Source: an uncultured delta proteobacterium (lineage in GTDB: Bacteria > Desulfobacterota > RBG-13-43-22). From it: a stretch of 64,000 nucleotides of DNA. Each line of letters begins with the position of its first letter. Position 1 is the stretch's first letter. The position numbers and the translations under genes are program-made. The notes below the pieces were generated by a model. The model worked only from the letters and a program-made list of their open reading frames with translations. It was not told the DNA's origin and ran no database searches. Below, one piece after another: positions 22,333-32,666 of the stretch. The stretch lies in assembly GCA_963711835.1 (NCBI GenBank), contig CAVQFQ010000017.1:448001-512000 (forward strand), in the 5' to 3' direction.

Positions 22333-23357
22333 AAACACTTCCCCTTCAATTTCGCTAAACTGGCTTGCACCAATTCCTCCGCATCGGACTCCGAAGGGGC
22401 ACCAAAGACAATAACCACGAGCCTTCGGTACCGTTCGGCCCGGGTCCATGAGCCGTCTTCGGCCAGGACGGAGCCGCCCTGACCGGCCTCAGGCAGATAG
22501 GCGGAGCGGAAACCTTTAAGGGCAGAACGCGCCCTGGCCTCGGTGGGATAGCTTGCCAGCAGGAGGTGGATTTTCTTCTTTTCCCTGACATATCGGGCCA
22601 GAACCGCCTGCATGTCGTTCCCCAGACGGAGTATATTTTGGTGGGAGATGAAGAAGCATCGGTTTAACAGGACATGGCTGCGAATGAAACAAATGCGATC
22701 TGCCGGAGGAAACATAGGCAGATCGGGCAGGCAGCGAAGCAGTTGCGGAAGCTCACCGGTTTCTTTTATTCCGGCCGCCATGGCCCGCCCCAGGCTAAGT
22801 ACCGCCCCTTCCATCTCCTTTCCGGTCCCCTCTCCGAGGATGGCGGCAAAAAAACGCCCTTTCCAGAAGCGTAGAAGACTGCCTCCGAATTCCGATCCCT
22901 GGCCTATCCCGGCCTCGGGATCCTGGTGCTCCAAAGAAAAGACTCCGAAGGCATCTTCGGAAGAGGCCATTTTGTAAACTTCGGCTACGATATCCGGTTG
23001 GCCGGGTTTGAGATAACGGCGAACAGACACCCGCTGGACACGGTAGGCCAGGTAAACTTCGGCTGCTCCATCGATGTATTGGAACAGGGTCTTAGGGGTG
23101 TAGGCCTTATCCTCATTGTCCCAGGTCCAGCCGGCTATCTCCGATGGCCAGGCCAGGCGGTCGGTCATTTTACCCTCCTTAGCGCATGATCCAAGGCGTG
23201 GTGCGGGCAACCAGGAAGTAAACCAGAGAAAGAGTACCCCCAGGGCGAGCACAACCTTTGCGGCTCTACGGGTTTCAGGATTCAGGCCAACCTTCTTGGG
23301 TTGTCTCATAATCATAACTAATATTTCAGCCCCATTGTGGAGGGGGAAGTTGTTCAC
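22329..23357 (-). CDS. DUF6599-like exported protein (start uncertain)
   Basis: LFQYIDGAAEVYLAY, EVYKMASSEDAFGVFS, FWKGRFF; ATGA overlap with the DUF362-like gene. Confidence 0.7.
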   Translation of the reverse strand: MNNFPLHNGAEILVMIMRQPKKVGLNPETRRAAKVVLALGVLFLWFTSWLPAPRLGSCAKEGKMTDRLAWPSEIAGWTWDNEDKAYTPKTLFQYIDGAAEVYLAYRVQRVSVRRYLKPGQPDIVAEVYKMASSEDAFGVFSLEHQDPEAGIGQGSEFGGSLLRFWKGRFFAAILGEGTGKEMEGAVLSLGRAMAAGIKETGELPQLLRCLPDLPMFPPADRICFIRSHVLLNRCFFISHQNILRLGNDMQAVLARYVREKKKIHLLLASYPTEARARSALKGFRSAYLPEAGQGGSVLAEDGSWTRAERYRRLVVIVFGAPSESDAEELVQASLAKLKGKCL

Positions 23358-23639
23358 CCCATTCAGTTACTTTAACGCCATAACAAAAAATATGGGGCTT
23401 AACTAATCAAAAGGCCTTCTAATAAAAAGCGCCAGGTTGTTAAGGCAGGTCCGACTCATTCAAACAATGTTTGGTCGGTAGGCCGGTGTTTGGGATCCAC
23501 AGCGCCTGTTCGTCGTAATAGTCCTCGATCATGCTTTCAATATCCTCCGCTCTGAGCGGTCATAGCGGGGCGTCAGGCCGACGACCGACTTCCCGCTGCC
23601 CCTGGATGGCTCTCGGGCAAGGGCGCCTAACCGCCCGGA

Positions 23640-23876
23640 TCAAAGGTTCAACAAGGCATTGATGCGTGCCTTGTCAAACCCGATGACCACTTCGCCGTCT
23701 ACCACCAGGGCGGGTGCGGAGCGAACGCCCAAGCTGAACAGTTCATCGCGAGCCTCTTCGTCGATCATCAGATCTTTTCTCACGAATTTCACCCCTTTGC
23801 CGGTCAGATACTCTGACAGTGCGGTACAGGGGCCTCAGAAGGGTTGCGAATACACGGTGATTTGCCGCTCTCCCAT
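23640..23876 (-). CDS. NrdH/glutaredoxin-like selenoprotein (UGPC motif)
   Basis: MGERQITVYSQPF-TGA-GPCTALSEYL...GVRSAPALVVDGEVVIGFDK...; TGA at 23837-23835 occupies the first Cys of CxxC; AGAGG RBS; downstream hairpin. Confidence 0.88.
23791..23833 (-). promoter_or_regulatory. Putative bacterial SECIS element
   Basis: GUCAGA-GUA-UCUGAC apical stem with loop 23 nt after UGA, plus GCCCCU/AGGGGU lower stem. Confidence 0.65.
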
Positions 23877-24060
23877 ATCGTTTCCTCTTGGTTTCTTCCT
23901 TAGTGCCTCGATTCGCAAATACGGTAACGTATTTTTCTGGGCCGATTGCGATAACTGCTCCCTCAGCACTTAGTCCTGAGGGAATAAATTCGAGATCGAA
24001 TTTATGAATCGATGAACTTAGCGTTAGATCACTTCACTCACTTTAGTCACTTTCCTGGGC

Positions 24061-24951
24061 CTACTGCAATTGCTTGGCCTTCTGCTCCCGTGCCTTCCGC
24101 AGCAGTTCCTGCCGGTACGCCTCCGCATCCTCAGAAATAAAGGGCTGCTCGTCGGTCATGAATTTTTCCATCCAGGCACGGCTTTCGGACCACGCATACG
24201 GCAGATCAACGATGACCCCCGGCCTGTCGGCCTCTTCCAGCAGCTTCAACCCGGCACGCAGGACGTTGCGCTGATTTTCCGGGTCATGGGGCCGCCCCGC
24301 CGGGTTGCCCAGGGGATAGTTGAGAAAAACCTGTCGCGGGTTGCCGGCGCTGGCGGCGATATCCCGTGCGTTGGTGTAGGTGACAGTGGAGATGCCTCCC
24401 GCCTCCAGAACACGGGCAACCAGACTCACGGTCTGATGGCAGATGGGTCAGACGGGCGTCAGCAGAGCCACGTCCACGTGGTCCTCCCTGCACTGCCGGA
24501 GGATTTCCGGTCCGTCCACCTCCGTTGTCTTTCGGTGGCTGTAATTCGGTAGGGTCCGGTAGTAGTTTCTGCTCAGGCTTCCGAATACCCCTTCCCTGAG
24601 GAACTCCCGCATCCGCGTGGTGGGAAAAAAGGCGTTGACGTCGTTCATGTCCGTCTGGTAGCGGTCGTGATCTTGGCTGGTGGACAGGATGCGGGCGGCG
24701 GGCCAGTCGCTGGGCGCCGTGAATACCTCCAACTCATTGGTGCCGATCATTCGGGGCTCTTCCAATGGAAGGCCTTCCTCATTCAACAGGAGGAATGAGG
24801 CTGTGGTCACCAGCGTCACCCGGCATTTCGAGAGCGGCTTCTTCAGCCGCGTGAAGGGGATGTCCTCGTTATAAGCGTAGTTGTAGGTTTTATCGTATCC
24901 TAGACCGCGGTAGTATTCATGGGTTTTCTCGATATAGCGAATATAGTCCAT
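24061..24951 (-). CDS. PrdB/GrdB-like (glycine/betaine/sarcosine/D-proline reductase component B family) selenoprotein
   Basis: ORFs 24448-24951 and 24061-24429 are in frame, joined by TGA (24450-24448): VDVALLTPV-U-PICHQTVSLVARVLEAGGIST. Confidence 0.88.
24419..24437 (-). promoter_or_regulatory. Putative bacterial SECIS element
   Basis: AUCAGAC-CGUGA-GUCUGGU hairpin; loop starts 17 nt after UGA and contains GU. Confidence 0.6.
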
Positions 24952-25200
24952 CTTGGGCCTCCCTGGCGAACAAAGCGCCTCGTATCCCCGGCACCCGCGC
25001 ACACCGCTTGTTTGATAAGAATTTCCTTTTTGATGGAAAGAGTATAAGGAAAAAAAGGCACGGTCAAGGAGAAAAATAAGGCAAAAGGCAATAGGCCACA
25101 TGGGGTCTTCTGAAGAAAAAGGGACCTTGAATATCTGGACTTTAACAATAGAAGGGGATAAGGGAAAAAAGAAGGGCTGATTTCCAAAATTTGGATCCCG

Positions 25201-25235
25201 CTCCGAATTTCGTGCTTCGAATTTCGGATTTTGGA
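25201..25235. repeat. Half copy of the TTCGAA-rich palindromic repeat (family of 42473-42607)
   Basis: CGAATTTCGTGCTTCGAATTTCGGATTT is the near-exact reverse complement of AAATCCGAATTTCGAAGCACGAAATCCG at 42473. Confidence 0.7.
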
Positions 25236-25285
25236 TCTTAATGGCATGAATACAACCGGGTTCTTAAATTATTTCCGTTAAAATT

Positions 25286-26497
25286 TTAAAGAACCCCAAC
25301 AACGGCTTCATAGACTTCATCAACCGGAATGGCCTGGAGACACTTGTTATCTCGGCAAGGGGAATTACGGTGATTGTAGGCCGTCAAACAGGGCGAGCAG
25401 GAAAAGTTGGAATAAAAGACATGGGTTTGGGGGCTTAGGGGCCGGTATAATATGGGGGTTTCCGGACCCATGAAGACAAAGTTTCTGATGGGTGTCATGG
25501 AGGCGAAATGGGCCGGACCGCTGTCGTTGGTGATCAGCACCTGAGCGATTGAAAACAAATCCATCAGCTCGGGAAAGGTGGTTTGCCCGGCAAAATTGAG
25601 GCACCGGGGGTGGTTCACGGCCCGGCGGACCTGCTCATTGATCTCCCAGTCGGCCTTGGCCCCCATCAGAATGAGGTAATGGTCCGGGTTCTGCAAGAGG
25701 CGATCGGCCAAGGCGATGTAATTTTCCAGGGGCCAGGCCCGAATGGGGATCTCCCCGCCGCTGGGATTCAGAACCAGTATCTTTTTGTCTTCGCCGATCT
25801 CGGGATTGAACCCCTTTAGTTTTTGCCAGAGATTTTTTTTGCCCTCTTTGGAAGCCGTATAAGCAGCGGTTTCGATGTCGCCGTCCGGAACCGACCGATC
25901 CATGGTCGGAACATCTTTGGCAGGCAGCTTCAAGACCTCGACCATGGAAAGGAAGGTCTTGCTCATGTGCTGCTGAAAGTTATACTGCACCTTATGGGTA
26001 TGGAAGTTTCCGCGGTATAGCCCTTCCAGGCCATACCTGTAAAATCCCACCCGAAGCAACGCCCCGCTGAAAAAAGTCAGGATGGCGGTCACCCGGGTAA
26101 ACAATTCCAGATCAAAGACCACCTCGATTTTTTCCCGCCGCATCCTAAAAATGACCCTGACCACATCCGCTATAAAGGCGAGAAAAGATTTTTCAGAGAT
26201 AGTCAAGACCTTCTCTTCAGGTATAAGGCCCAGGATATCGACACTGGCCCGGTTTTTTTCAAAGATCAGAAAAAACAGCTCGGCTTGGGGATAGGACCTC
26301 TTCACAACCTTCATAGCCGGATAGGCCAGGATGGCGCTGCCCATTTCGGACAGTTCCAGAAAAAGGAATTTTTTGGGCGCTTTGGAAAAATTTTTAGGGG
26401 GCGAAATCAGTTTCAAGACATAATGGAGGCCGGTCAAAACCCGGCAGACCGGCACCCCGATCCAGTAATCAATCTTTCTGACCAGGTCCACCTTCAT
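25286..26497 (-). CDS. Glycosyltransferase family 9 (heptosyltransferase-like)
   Basis: LSEMGSAIL, LITNDSGPAHFA, CSPC...C...CL; starts at ATG overlapping the upstream stop. Confidence 0.88.
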   Translation of the reverse strand: MKVDLVRKIDYWIGVPVCRVLTGLHYVLKLISPPKNFSKAPKKFLFLELSEMGSAILAYPAMKVVKRSYPQAELFFLIFEKNRASVDILGLIPEEKVLTISEKSFLAFIADVVRVIFRMRREKIEVVFDLELFTRVTAILTFFSGALLRVGFYRYGLEGLYRGNFHTHKVQYNFQQHMSKTFLSMVEVLKLPAKDVPTMDRSVPDGDIETAAYTASKEGKKNLWQKLKGFNPEIGEDKKILVLNPSGGEIPIRAWPLENYIALADRLLQNPDHYLILMGAKADWEINEQVRRAVNHPRCLNFAGQTTFPELMDLFSIAQVLITNDSGPAHFASMTPIRNFVFMGPETPILYRPLSPQTHVFYSNFSCSPCLTAYNHRNSPCRDNKCLQAIPVDEVYEAVVGVL

Positions 26498-27441
26498 GGC
26501 CGCAACCGCCTCTGGAATAGCCGAAGGAATCCATAGCCCAGCAGGACCGCAAACCAGATTGTACAGACCCGAATCAGGATGGTGGCCGCGGCGGCCTGGG
26601 CCTTGGGAACCTGGATCAGGAGGAGCAGACCGGTCATGCTGGCTTCGGCGGCGCCGATACCTCCGGGAAGCATGCTCACTGCCCCGGCCAGGGCGGCGAA
26701 GGCGTAAATAAAGGTGGCCTTCGCCAAAGGAACGGGCCAACCCAATCCATAAAAAACCAGAGCGAAGGCCAGGCATTCAAAGAACCAGGCCAATAACCCG
26801 ATGACCGAGGCCCAGAAGAGGATCTTGAAGCCCATCAGGTCATGAAGGGTATGAAAGGCCTCAGGTATGGACCCCTTAAGTTTGCTGCCCCAGGGAATCC
26901 TTTCCAGCAGCCTCAGGCAAAACCGAAAAGTCCCTTCGGAGATAAAAGGAAGCAGGCCGGCGATCAATACAGTCGTTCCCAGCCAAAGGATTTTGGCCCC
27001 AAAGGCCAAGGAGGCGCTCCCGACCAGCACCAGCACATAGACTGCCAGGAGGTCGGTAAAGCGTTCGGCCAGCACCACCGGTGCTGACCTGGAAATAGGC
27101 ACCTCATAGCGTTCCTTGAGCAAAACCGATTTAATCAATTCGCCCATCTTTCCCGGGGTAACGGTCATCGCCAGGCCGCTCATAAAGATAGTAAAGCTCT
27201 CCCGCCGGGGCAGAGAAATCCCCACCCGATTCAGGTACAATCCCCAGCGCCAGAAGCGGCTGAGGTAGTTGAGGAAGGCCAGGGCCAGGATGGCCGGCAG
27301 GGTGACATACGAAAATCCCTCAAAAGCCCCGACCACCAAGGGCCAGTTCCCATAAAGGGAAAGGCCTAAAAACACAGCCAGGCCCAAACCTAAAAAAAGA
27401 AAGAATTTTTTTGTGAGAAACGAAAACCGGGCTTCAGCCAT
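26494..27441 (-). CDS. Lysylphosphatidylglycerol synthase TM-domain (flippase-like) protein
   Basis: RFWRW, TPGKMGELIK, ERFTDL, PGGIGAAE. Confidence 0.88.
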   Translation of the reverse strand: MAEARFSFLTKKFFLFLGLGLAVFLGLSLYGNWPLVVGAFEGFSYVTLPAILALAFLNYLSRFWRWGLYLNRVGISLPRRESFTIFMSGLAMTVTPGKMGELIKSVLLKERYEVPISRSAPVVLAERFTDLLAVYVLVLVGSASLAFGAKILWLGTTVLIAGLLPFISEGTFRFCLRLLERIPWGSKLKGSIPEAFHTLHDLMGFKILFWASVIGLLAWFFECLAFALVFYGLGWPVPLAKATFIYAFAALAGAVSMLPGGIGAAEASMTGLLLLIQVPKAQAAAATILIRVCTIWFAVLLGYGFLRLFQRRLRP

Positions 27442-27451
27442 GAGCAGATGC

Positions 27452-28366
27452 CTAATGATAGAGGATCAGCATAACAACCAAGGCCCAGCCCAGAACGGTA
27501 AAAAGCAGAGGGCGGTCGGTTAATAAGGTTTCTTCCGGCCGGCCGCCTTCTATTTTTTGATGGACCACATAAAGGTAGCGGAAGATCCCATAGAGAACAA
27601 AGGGAAAGGTAAAGATCAGGTTCCGGGTCTGGAATTTGGCTATGGTTTCTTCCGAGATGGTGTACAAGGCATAGCTCATGACTGTAGTCGCTGTAACAAC
27701 CCCCATCATCTGATCCAACAGATAGGGGGAGTATTCCTTAAGGATCGAACGGTGCTCGACCGCCCCTTCCTTCAAAAAAACCAATTCGTGGCGCCTCTTA
27801 GCCATGGCCAGAAAAAGAGAAAGGAGGGTGGTGCAGATAAAGAGCCAGGGGGAGAGGTGAACGCCGATCACCAAACCCCCGGCCACTACCCTGATGACGA
27901 ACCCGGCGGCAATGGAAAAAATGTCCAGGATGACCTGGTGTTTCAGGAAAAAGGTGTAAAGTATTTGGAGCAGCAGGTAGGCCCCCATGGAAAGCCCAAA
28001 TTCCCTTGAGAGCCAAAAACCGATGACCAGGCTTCCAATCAGGGTTAAACAAGCCACCCATCCCGCCAAGGGCGGGCTTAATTTTCCTGAGGCCAGGGGA
28101 CGGTTTTTCTTGACCGGATGGAGGCGGTCTTCATTGCGGTCCTTGAGGTCATTGATGACATAGACCGAACCGGTCAGGAGACAGAAGAGGATAAAGGCCT
28201 CAATGGTTTTCCGGAAAAGAGGCCCGTCAAACAAATGCTGTGAAAACAAAAGCGGGGCGAAGAGGGCGCCGTTTTTAATCCACTGCTTGGGACGGAAGGA
28301 AAAGACCAGATTTTTAAAGAGAGGGAAAAAGGATTGTAAGGGGGCGGCCATCGCCATCATCTCCAA
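27452..28366 (-). CDS. UbiA family decaprenyl-phosphate phosphoribosyltransferase-like protein
   Basis: RPKQWIKN, YVINDLKD..EDRLHPVK.NRPLASG, KRRHEL, YGIFRY. Confidence 0.9.
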   Translation of the reverse strand: MEMMAMAAPLQSFFPLFKNLVFSFRPKQWIKNGALFAPLLFSQHLFDGPLFRKTIEAFILFCLLTGSVYVINDLKDRNEDRLHPVKKNRPLASGKLSPPLAGWVACLTLIGSLVIGFWLSREFGLSMGAYLLLQILYTFFLKHQVILDIFSIAAGFVIRVVAGGLVIGVHLSPWLFICTTLLSLFLAMAKRRHELVFLKEGAVEHRSILKEYSPYLLDQMMGVVTATTVMSYALYTISEETIAKFQTRNLIFTFPFVLYGIFRYLYVVHQKIEGGRPEETLLTDRPLLFTVLGWALVVMLILYH

Positions 28367-28571
28367 CGGAATACTTTAATAAGCCAAGAAGTGGAATAAA
28401 AAATAAGTACCAAACTATAGGCGATAATCGGGATATTCTCAACAAAATTTCCATTTTTCTTCCTATCCCGAAAAATTCGGATCGGCTTGGGTTGCCGGTA
28501 GGCTGCACGGAGTTGGGCAAGGTCTAAAAAAGGTTGACTTATCTGTTGTTTTGCATCAAAAGAAGCTGATC

Positions 28572-29453
28572 ATGAAGCCCATCGGTGCCCACATGTCCAT
28601 AGCCGGCGGCCTGGCTAAGGCCCTTCAGCGGATCCGGATCGTCGGGGGAGAATGTCTCCAGATCTTTGTAAAACCTAACCTTCAGTGGGAGGCCGGGGAT
28701 TTAACCCTGGATGAGGTGATTCGGTTCAAGGAGGAACAGCAGCGGGCCCAAATTGCGCCGGTGGTGGCCCATGCCTCTTACCTGTTGAACCTGGCCTCAC
28801 CGGACAGCCTCTTGCGGAAAAAATCCATTTTAACCCTGGCCCTGGAACTGGTCCGCTCGGCCAGGTTGGGCATCCCCTACCTGATTATTCACCCCGGCAG
28901 CCATCTGGGGACCGGAGAGGGGAAGGGAATCAAGCGGATTGCCCAGGGGGTGGACCAGGCCTTCAACCAGGCCGGGGTCGAGACCACGATGATTCTTTTG
29001 GAAACAACCGCTGGGTCGGGCAGCCAATTAGGCTCCCGTCTGGAGCATCTCAGGGATATCCTGGCCCAAAGCCGGACCTCTCAACGGCTGGGGGTCTGTG
29101 TCGATACCAGCCACGTCTTTGCCGCCGGGTATGATATAGCGAACCTGAAGGGCTATGAGGATTTTTTCGCCGGTTTCGGGAAGCAGATCGGGTTGGGTCT
29201 TCTGAAGGTTATTCACGCCAACGATTCCAAAGTACACTTAGGTGCTAAGGTGGACCGTCATCAGCAGATCGGTCTGGGCCACCTGGGGACCAAAACCTTT
29301 CAGCGCCTTTTAGCCGATCCCCGGTTGGACGGACGGCCCTTTATCCTGGAAACCCCAAAAGGGAAAAATGGGGAAACCGATTGGGATGTGATCAACATCG
29401 CCCTGTTAAAAAAATTTAGAAAGAAACCAAGCCCCCTTTTAAGAAAAACATAA
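28572..29453 (+). CDS. nfo: Endonuclease IV
   Basis: IGAHMSIAGG, HPGSH, LETTAG, DTSHVFAAGY, HANDSK, DRH, ILETP. Confidence 0.95.
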   Translation: MKPIGAHMSIAGGLAKALQRIRIVGGECLQIFVKPNLQWEAGDLTLDEVIRFKEEQQRAQIAPVVAHASYLLNLASPDSLLRKKSILTLALELVRSARLGIPYLIIHPGSHLGTGEGKGIKRIAQGVDQAFNQAGVETTMILLETTAGSGSQLGSRLEHLRDILAQSRTSQRLGVCVDTSHVFAAGYDIANLKGYEDFFAGFGKQIGLGLLKVIHANDSKVHLGAKVDRHQQIGLGHLGTKTFQRLLADPRLDGRPFILETPKGKNGETDWDVINIALLKKFRKKPSPLLRKT

Positions 29454-29507
29454 AAACCTTATGTCCCCTTCGACGACTCACCTTCGGAGATGAAAACCCA
29501 GACCCCT

Positions 29508-31737
29508 TTAAGGGGCATTCAATAAGCCCCCGGCTTTGCCGATTGTTGTCATCGGCCATAAAAAATACTCATTCACCAATAATTCATCCCGAATCGGATC
29601 CGTTTTCAAATAGTCCGATTTGGATATAATTTTAACTTCACTCGAGAGCCAATTAATATATGGAGGCGATAAATTTAATTCACCTTTTCTATCTTCGAGT
29701 ACCTTGGCCGCCGCCTCCAAATCAAAGGAACTATCGGTTTTGGCTGAAAGGGCGATCGTTTCATAATGGGTCCGGACAAAATCAAAATTTCTTACCAGCC
29801 CGGCCAGGACGCGGTGATACCTTCCCGAATTGTCGGCATTTATATCCAATACATAAACGCCGTCTTTTTTTAAAATTCGGGCCACTTCCTTAAAAAATTT
29901 AACGGACTTTATGCTCGTAGCGCCAACCCAGTTTGTTATAGCCAGATTGTCAACGATCACATCATATTTTTCCGATTCAAATAGCGTAACGGCTACACGG
30001 GCATCGGTGCGGTACATAGTAACTTTCGAATTTTTCATGGCCTGTTCCAGTAATCGTCCGGCCTGGGATCTGCTTAACAGCTCAGGAAGTTCATAGGACC
30101 AGTCGACAATGTCGATTTTCTTTACCCGGCTGTCTTTAGCGAGTTCGCGCACCATCCCGCCTCCGCCAAGACCGAGAACAAGAATTTTCTCCCTTTTAGG
30201 CCATGATAAAGGATAGACCGCCAGACGGACATGCTTGGGATGATCGGGCAAAGCGGACATGTACTGGCCGTTTACATACACCCCGCCGCCGGTTTTATTT
30301 TTATCCCAATCAATGGTAACGACTCCGGTCACACCCTCGAGTCCTTCAAAAAAATCATTTGAAAACCCGTAGATAAATTTATTCCACTGGTTTTGTTTTA
30401 TGGTCAAGGGCAAAATTAATAAGAGTATCAGCGCCGCCATATAGATGGGAGGATTTATATTTATTCCAAGTCGGTTTTTGGGGAGTCCAGGTATGGAAAT
30501 AGACCCGAGCTGAAACCAAGAGCCCAATATAAAGTAATGAGAGAACAGCTACTTTGGTGCCAAAGAACGGGAAAACAATAAATTGAAAAAAAATACCGCC
30601 GACGAATGCCCCCAGTGAATTAGACAAATATAATCGTCCGGTTTGGCCTGGCAACTGTTTGGCATAGGGCGAGGCCATTCTGAGCAAAATGGGAAAAATG
30701 CCGCCTTGAAACACGGCATAGGGAAATACCAGCAGGGCATAAAACAGGAAATAGCCTTGATAGGTATCAGGGCTGGAAAAATATTTTCTAAAAAATACCG
30801 ACCAAAGTATGCCCAGGCTTGATAATAAAAATAAGTGGCCTAACTTCGAACCATTTCGTTCCGGCGCAGATTGGTCATGTTGAGTAAACAACAAGCTCCC
30901 GACACTCAGTCCAAACAGCAGCGGCATCAAAATTCCCGGAAAATTATAAGCGGAAGAGGGCCAGCACACGGCGGCCACCCTAAAAAAAATAATTTCCATG
31001 GCTAAGGTAATCAGACCGGAGATAAAGCTCAAAAACATAATAAAGTTCAAAGGACCTTTCTCCGATGCTGCCGCTGCTGGAAAAGTCGATTCTTTTTCAG
31101 GGGTACTCTGATAGGCCATAGTTTTTCCAAAAAACCGAATAAAAACAGACAAGACAATATTTAATCCCCCTACAAAAAATAGCGTCGTCGGCAGATTAAA
31201 ATTATTGAAAAAGAAAAAAGGAACGGAAAGAATCCCCAAGCTGGCGCCGAAGGTGTTAAACCCATAAATGATGCCGATTTTTTTGCCGTCATACCGCTCA
31301 GGATTGATAAAGGAATTAAACATTAAGGGCAGTGTCCCGCCCATCAAGATGCAGGGAGGCAGCAGAAACAAAAAACAGATACCAATCAGGATTATTTTAA
31401 ATGAATCGACGCTGGCATTCCCGGGATTCAAGAATTGACCGAAAAAAATAGCCAACTTTGACAAAAGGAAATAACTGATCAGGGCGAATAAACCAATGCC
31501 CAACTCGACATTGGCATAGATACCCACGGGACGACTCTTGAATCTTTTAAATACAAAGGCCCCGATGCCCAAACCCAGGAGAAAGGTAGAGGTTACAATC
31601 GCTGAAGAAACCGAATCGCCCCCGAAGTTATAACGAATGATCCTGTCCCAGGCGACCTGGTAAACCAGGCTGCAGAATCCGGAAATAATCACAATGATGA
31701 TAATCACTGTTTCATGAAGTTTGCCAAGTGGTGCCAT
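29508..31737 (-). CDS. Membrane-fused spermidine synthase-like protein, AT-rich, frameshifted near 30450
   Basis: SGFCSLVYQVAW, LMGGTLP, YGFNTFGA TM repeats followed by LVLGLGGG SAM-binding motif and DAR; two overlapping ORFs. Confidence 0.75.
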
Positions 31738-31910
31738 AGTGAACCTTTAATCGACGGGTGGGTTAAGGTTAATTGAATTTCAGAGGTGGCGGTGATTGAT
31801 CACCCTGAAGGCGCCAACTAGGACCGGGTTAAAGGAGTCGCCTGAAAAGGGCTATTTTGTGGAAAGGAGACTGCTCCCGGATCTTTCAAGAAATCGCGAA
31901 AAAATTCTAG

Positions 31911-32666
31911 TTACGATTGGGGATGTCCAGCTTGAGCCCGGTTCTTTAAAAAACTTTCGCCGAGGTAGGCCTTGATGACCTCTTCGTTTTTGATCACCTC
32001 CTGGGGACCTCCCTCGGCGATCTTGGTGCCGCTTTCCAGGACGATCACCCGTTTGCTTAAGCGCATGACCAATTCCATGACATGCTCGGTCAGCAGGAGA
32101 GTGATTTTCTTTTCCTGATTGATCTGTCGCAGCAGGCCGATCAATTCCTCAATCTCGGTGGGGTTCAACCCGGCGGCCACCTCGTCCAGCAGGATCATTT
32201 TCGGCTCGGTGGCCAGGGCGGTGGCCAGGGCCACCCTTTTCTGGGCCGCCACGGGTATTTCAGTCATCAGGTCCTTGGCCCGGCCCTCAATACCCATGAA
32301 GCCCATGACTTCCTGGGAGCGGCGCCTGGCTTCTTTCCTCGAGGCGGTCCGCAGGAAGGCCCCGATCATCACATTTTCCAGAGCATTTAAATCCCCCGAG
32401 GCCACAAAAACCTGGAAGGTCCGGGCCAGGCCCAGCCGGGCGATTTCAAAATCCTTGAGAGGCGTAATGTCCTGGCCGTTAAAAAGGACCTGGCCGGAGG
32501 TCACCGGGTAGTGCCCGGCGATACAATTGAACAGGGTGGTCTTGCCGGCTCCGTTCGGGCCGATGAGCCCGACGATCTCCCCTTCTTCAACCCGGAAGGA
32601 GACCTGCTGATTGGCCCGCAGCCCCCCAAAATTCTTGGTTACCTCCCGAACCTCTAAAAGGCTCAT
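31911..32666 (-). CDS. Branched-chain amino acid ABC ATPase (LivG-like)
   Basis: [29 protein letters not shown]. Confidence 0.92.
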   Translation of the reverse strand: MSLLEVREVTKNFGGLRANQQVSFRVEEGEIVGLIGPNGAGKTTLFNCIAGHYPVTSGQVLFNGQDITPLKDFEIARLGLARTFQVFVASGDLNALENVMIGAFLRTASRKEARRRSQEVMGFMGIEGRAKDLMTEIPVAAQKRVALATALATEPKMILLDEVAAGLNPTEIEELIGLLRQINQEKKITLLLTEHVMELVMRLSKRVIVLESGTKIAEGGPQEVIKNEEVIKAYLGESFLKNRAQAGHPQS

